From Bacteroidales bacterium (GTDB lineage: Bacteria; Bacteroidota; Bacteroidia; Bacteroidales; JAAYJT01), in the NCBI GenBank assembly GCA_034370405.1, contig JAXMKY010000080.1, forward strand, positions 1 through 52,567: 52,567 bases of DNA. The letters are read 5' to 3'. Below are positions 50,011-52,567 of the stretch, in pieces. A model generated the notes under the pieces. The model did not search any database. It was not told where the DNA came from and worked only from the letters and a program-made list of their open reading frames with translations. A program made the position numbers and the translations under genes. Each line of letters opens with the position of its first letter. Position 1 is the stretch's first letter.

Positions 50011-50466
50011 TTAGTTCTCTCTTAGCACATATTCGTCGTATTCGATCTCGAAGCGCAGCTTGTGTTTCGACTCTTCGATGGCCAGCGACAGGAAAAGCTG
50101 GCGCAGTTCTTCGCTTCCCGATCGTTCGGCCAGGCGGCTGTAAAGCTTGAAGGCTGCTTTTTCGCGTTTCATGGCCAGCACCAGGGCTTGTTCGTAGCTC
50201 ATTTCGGGGGTGGCTTCCGATCGAACCACAAAGTCGGCAATCTTAAGGTCTTGCACTGTGCCCGCATGGGCTTCGAGGATGCCTGTTTCCTTTACTTGCA
50301 TCAGCTTGGCTTTGTGGTCCATCTCTTCGCGTGCAAATTGGGCAAACACCGATTTCATCTCGTGGTTGGCAGCATTTTCGGAAAGAGAGGTATAGAAATC
50401 AACTGCGCTTTGCTCCTGTTCGATGGCAAAGTCGAGTATTTCGTTGACGGTGCTGAATTTATCCAT
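50011..50466 (-). CDS. Rubrerythrin/ferritin-like protein
   Basis: 'ILDFAIEQE..A..FY', 'EE..H', 'AMKRE..A...Y', 'EE.KH' diiron motifs; start at MDKFSTV. Confidence 0.9.
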   Translation of the reverse strand: MDKFSTVNEILDFAIEQEQSAVDFYTSLSENAANHEMKSVFAQFAREEMDHKAKLMQVKETGILEAHAGTVQDLKIADFVVRSEATPEMSYEQALVLAMKREKAAFKLYSRLAERSGSEELRQLFLSLAIEESKHKLRFEIEYDEYVLREN

Positions 50467-50526
50467 AGGCTTGGTTGTATAGAATTGAAGGGTCAAAGGT
50501 AGGGAAAATTTGAGGACGTGAGGGAA

Positions 50527-50575
50527 GTGATGTGGTGATGGAGTGATGGGGTGATGGAAGTGATGGAGTGATGGG
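50527..50575. repeat. Six tandem GTGATG(NN) 8-9-bp repeats
   Basis: GTGATGTG GTGATGGA GTGATGGG GTGATGGAA GTGATGGA GTGATGGG. Confidence 0.85.
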
Positions 50576-50702
50576 ATGATCATTGTTTTGAGCAAGTGTT
50601 AAATATCATAAATGAATATTTTTAGTCCTATGTAGATTTTGCATCATTCTTTTGTATATTTACGGCTTTGGAATTTTCATTGCAATACGAAACAATAAAA
50701 GC

Positions 50703-51866
50703 ATGAAACCCACGGTGGTACTGGAACCCGGAGAGCATCACGGGCAAGAGGTGGTATTTTTGATTTTTCCGAAGGACGAGCAACTCATAGCTGAAGTGAA
50801 AAGGCTGGGGGTAGCGCGCTGGAGTACAACACAGCAAAGGTGGTATATTCATAGAGAGCGATTTGTGTTATCAGATGTGTTCAATGCCTTTCAAAAATTA
50901 GCTTTTGTAGATTACAGTGCGCTGAAAAACGGCAGATCAGTTTCACCTGCCACTGCCACTGCCACTGCCCCTGCGCAACCTTCCATTAACTACAACAAGC
51001 CCAAATTGCCACAATTAAGTGCTGATAAAGCCGCCAGGATTAATGATTTCCGGTACTGGATGCAGCAAAAGCGTTACAGTAAGAATACCGTAAAGACTTA
51101 CACTGATGCCATCAGAACTTTTTTGCGCTATTATGCTCACCGCGAATCTTCGACATTATGCAATGACGATCTTGTGCGGTTCAATACAGATTATATTCTA
51201 GCGAACAAATACTCACCAAGTTACCAGAACCAGGTGATAAATGCTATCAAGCATTTTTTTGCTCAACAGTACCAAACTAAAATGGATATCCAAGGGATTG
51301 AAAGGCCCCGGCGTGGCAGCAAGTTGCCCAAGGTGATTGACAAAGGAGATATACAAGCCATGTTGGCTGGCATTTCAAATTTGAAACACAAAACGGCACT
51401 CGCATTGATTTATGGCTTGGGTTTGCGACGCTCGGAGCTGATCAATATGAAGATCAGGGATATTGATTTTAACAGAAAGGTACTGACCATTTTCAACGGG
51501 AAGGGGCAGAAAGATCGTGTGCTTCCGATAAGTGATAAGCTCATCCGTCTTATTCAGCAGCATCTGGCAACTGCAACTTCTCTTGTATATGTGATTGAAG
51601 GGCAAACCAAGGGACAGCCTTACAGTGCTACAAGCGTTGAAAAGATTTTTGAAAAGTATATGGATAGCGCAAAAAGAAATCATAATTTTACACCACATTG
51701 CCTCAGGCATTCGTATGCAACCCATTTGCTTGAGGCGGGTGTTGATTTAAGATTTATACAGGAGTTGCTAGGACACAAAAGCAGCAAAACGACAGAAATA
51801 TATACCCATGTCAGTATGAAAAACCTAAGCAAAATAAAGAACCCGACCGATGATTTCGATTTGTAA
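50703..51866 (+). CDS. Tyrosine recombinase, integron-integrase-like (SAM-like + catalytic domains) with an extra N-terminal domain
   Basis: Intact catalytic set: R (GLRRSE), K (GKGQKDR), HxxR (HCLRH), H (LLGH), Y (TTEIYTHV). 'YSKNTVKTY' marks the SAM-like domain. Confidence 0.9.
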   Translation: MKPTVVLEPGEHHGQEVVFLIFPKDEQLIAEVKRLGVARWSTTQQRWYIHRERFVLSDVFNAFQKLAFVDYSALKNGRSVSPATATATAPAQPSINYNKPKLPQLSADKAARINDFRYWMQQKRYSKNTVKTYTDAIRTFLRYYAHRESSTLCNDDLVRFNTDYILANKYSPSYQNQVINAIKHFFAQQYQTKMDIQGIERPRRGSKLPKVIDKGDIQAMLAGISNLKHKTALALIYGLGLRRSELINMKIRDIDFNRKVLTIFNGKGQKDRVLPISDKLIRLIQQHLATATSLVYVIEGQTKGQPYSATSVEKIFEKYMDSAKRNHNFTPHCLRHSYATHLLEAGVDLRFIQELLGHKSSKTTEIYTHVSMKNLSKIKNPTDDFDL

Positions 51867-51930
51867 TAAGAAACACCTTAGGGTGTACATAGCATACCAT
51901 ATGCATGTGCTAAGAAGATAAAAGGTGTGG

Positions 51931-51950
51931 ATATAAACAAGTTGCTGCGG
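51931..51950 (+). other. attI-like recombination site (ATATAAACAA-G/TTGCTGCGG)
   Basis: AAAC-AA-GTT core 74 nt after the integrase stop, similar to the attI1 core AAAACAAAGTT. Confidence 0.55.
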
Positions 51951-52319
51951 AATTTTAATCCGCGGCCCGTTCTTTGAAAAAAATTGGAAGGAGTAAAATA
52001 GCTGCTAAGCTACGGGATTTCTGAAGGAAACAGGCTCGGGAATTTTCGTATGAAACGCGAAAAAGTTCACTTTTACCAGCGTGAGTACGCTGAAATTCCC
52101 GGCAAAGTTCTGAGAAATTTCTGACATTATCAAATTTCGCAAAGAACTTTTAGCTTAGCAGCTATTTTGAAGGGTTTGTTTTTTACGGTCAAAATGAAAG
52201 CTGATAGCTCCCCGAACCGCTATCAGGCAATAATTTTGGCCTCAAAGAACGGAGCCTTTGAAGGGGATTAAAACTGTCAGTTTTTTCTAATGACTGACTT
52301 CATGAAAAAACTCCGCACA
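51941..52319. mobile_element. ORF-less, highly structured putative gene cassette
   Basis: The ends are complementary (GTTGCTGCGGA / TCCGCACA[AC]). It contains many nested perfect IRs and has no ORF of 60 aa or more in the track. Confidence 0.6.
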
Positions 52320-52567
52320 ATCGAGTAGGCTGCCCCACCAGCGAAACTGATGGGGAGAGCCTCTCACACCACTGTACGTACGGGTCTCGTATACAGCGGT
52401 TCGTCAGGTATCAGTACTATCGCTCATTACACCAATAGTACCTCTGCCTTTGTTTAGGATAAGGCTGGCAAACTCGAAGTTTGAACCTCCTTATCGAATT
52501 CGAGACAACCCAACGTTCTGCCCTTCACTGGCTTGTGAGACCTCCGCTTTATTCATCGGCTCGTTAC
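52320..52567 (-). ncRNA. Group II intron, class IIC, 3' part (end of DIII, ORF-less DIV, DV, DVI); 5' part outside the window
   Basis: On the minus strand: DIII end GAAGGGCAGAAC; DV ACCGCTGTATACGAGACCCGTACGTACAGTGGT with a CGC triad (52368-52400); DVI GAGAGGCT...AGCCTACTC with a bulged A; terminal AT at 52320-52321. Confidence 0.9.

Noticed and set aside
50467-50595. His-rich N-terminal extension of the ferritin-like protein
   Set aside because: It derives from the GTGATG repeat array with a TTG start; the family-like sequence starts at ATG 50466.
50703-51866. Calling the recombinase xerC/xerD or intI
   Set aside because: The extra N-terminal domain and cassette-like context argue against a housekeeping Xer, and the missing IntI insertion argues against canonical intI. 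It is left unnamed.

Overview
Chromosomal window from a Bacteroidota bacterium, probably an anaerobic Bacteroidales relative (T9SS cargo, TonB receptor, TAnnTTTG promoters). Most of it is housekeeping, envelope and transport genes: tandem Wzz-like proteins and an O-antigen ligase-like protein, lpxD, efp, a 7TM-HD hydrolase, a CPA2 antiporter, NlpC/P60, a TonB receptor with a phosphodiesterase, an M16 peptidase pair, a Pif1-like helicase, a symporter-porin-aminotransferase cluster, tRNA-His, addA, tamB, tsaD, fprA, parC, a BatA/VWA protein and a ferritin-like protein. Small accessory insertions include a BglII-family restriction-modification pair, a doubly deleted HEPN/MNT relic, a MITE/REP-like palindrome and two AT-rich four-helix-bundle genes bracketed by inverted heptamer repeats. 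The most striking region is the right end (50703-52567), which looks like a non-canonical integron. A tyrosine integrase lacking the IntI-specific insertion, but carrying an extra N-terminal domain, is followed on the same strand by an attI-like site (TAAACAA-GTT) and an ORF-less, ~380-bp cassette that folds into nested hairpins. The attC-like end of that cassette is interrupted on the bottom strand by a class IIC group II intron whose domain IV has no ORF. The window ends inside the intron. All assignments come from motif recognition by eye; no searches were run.
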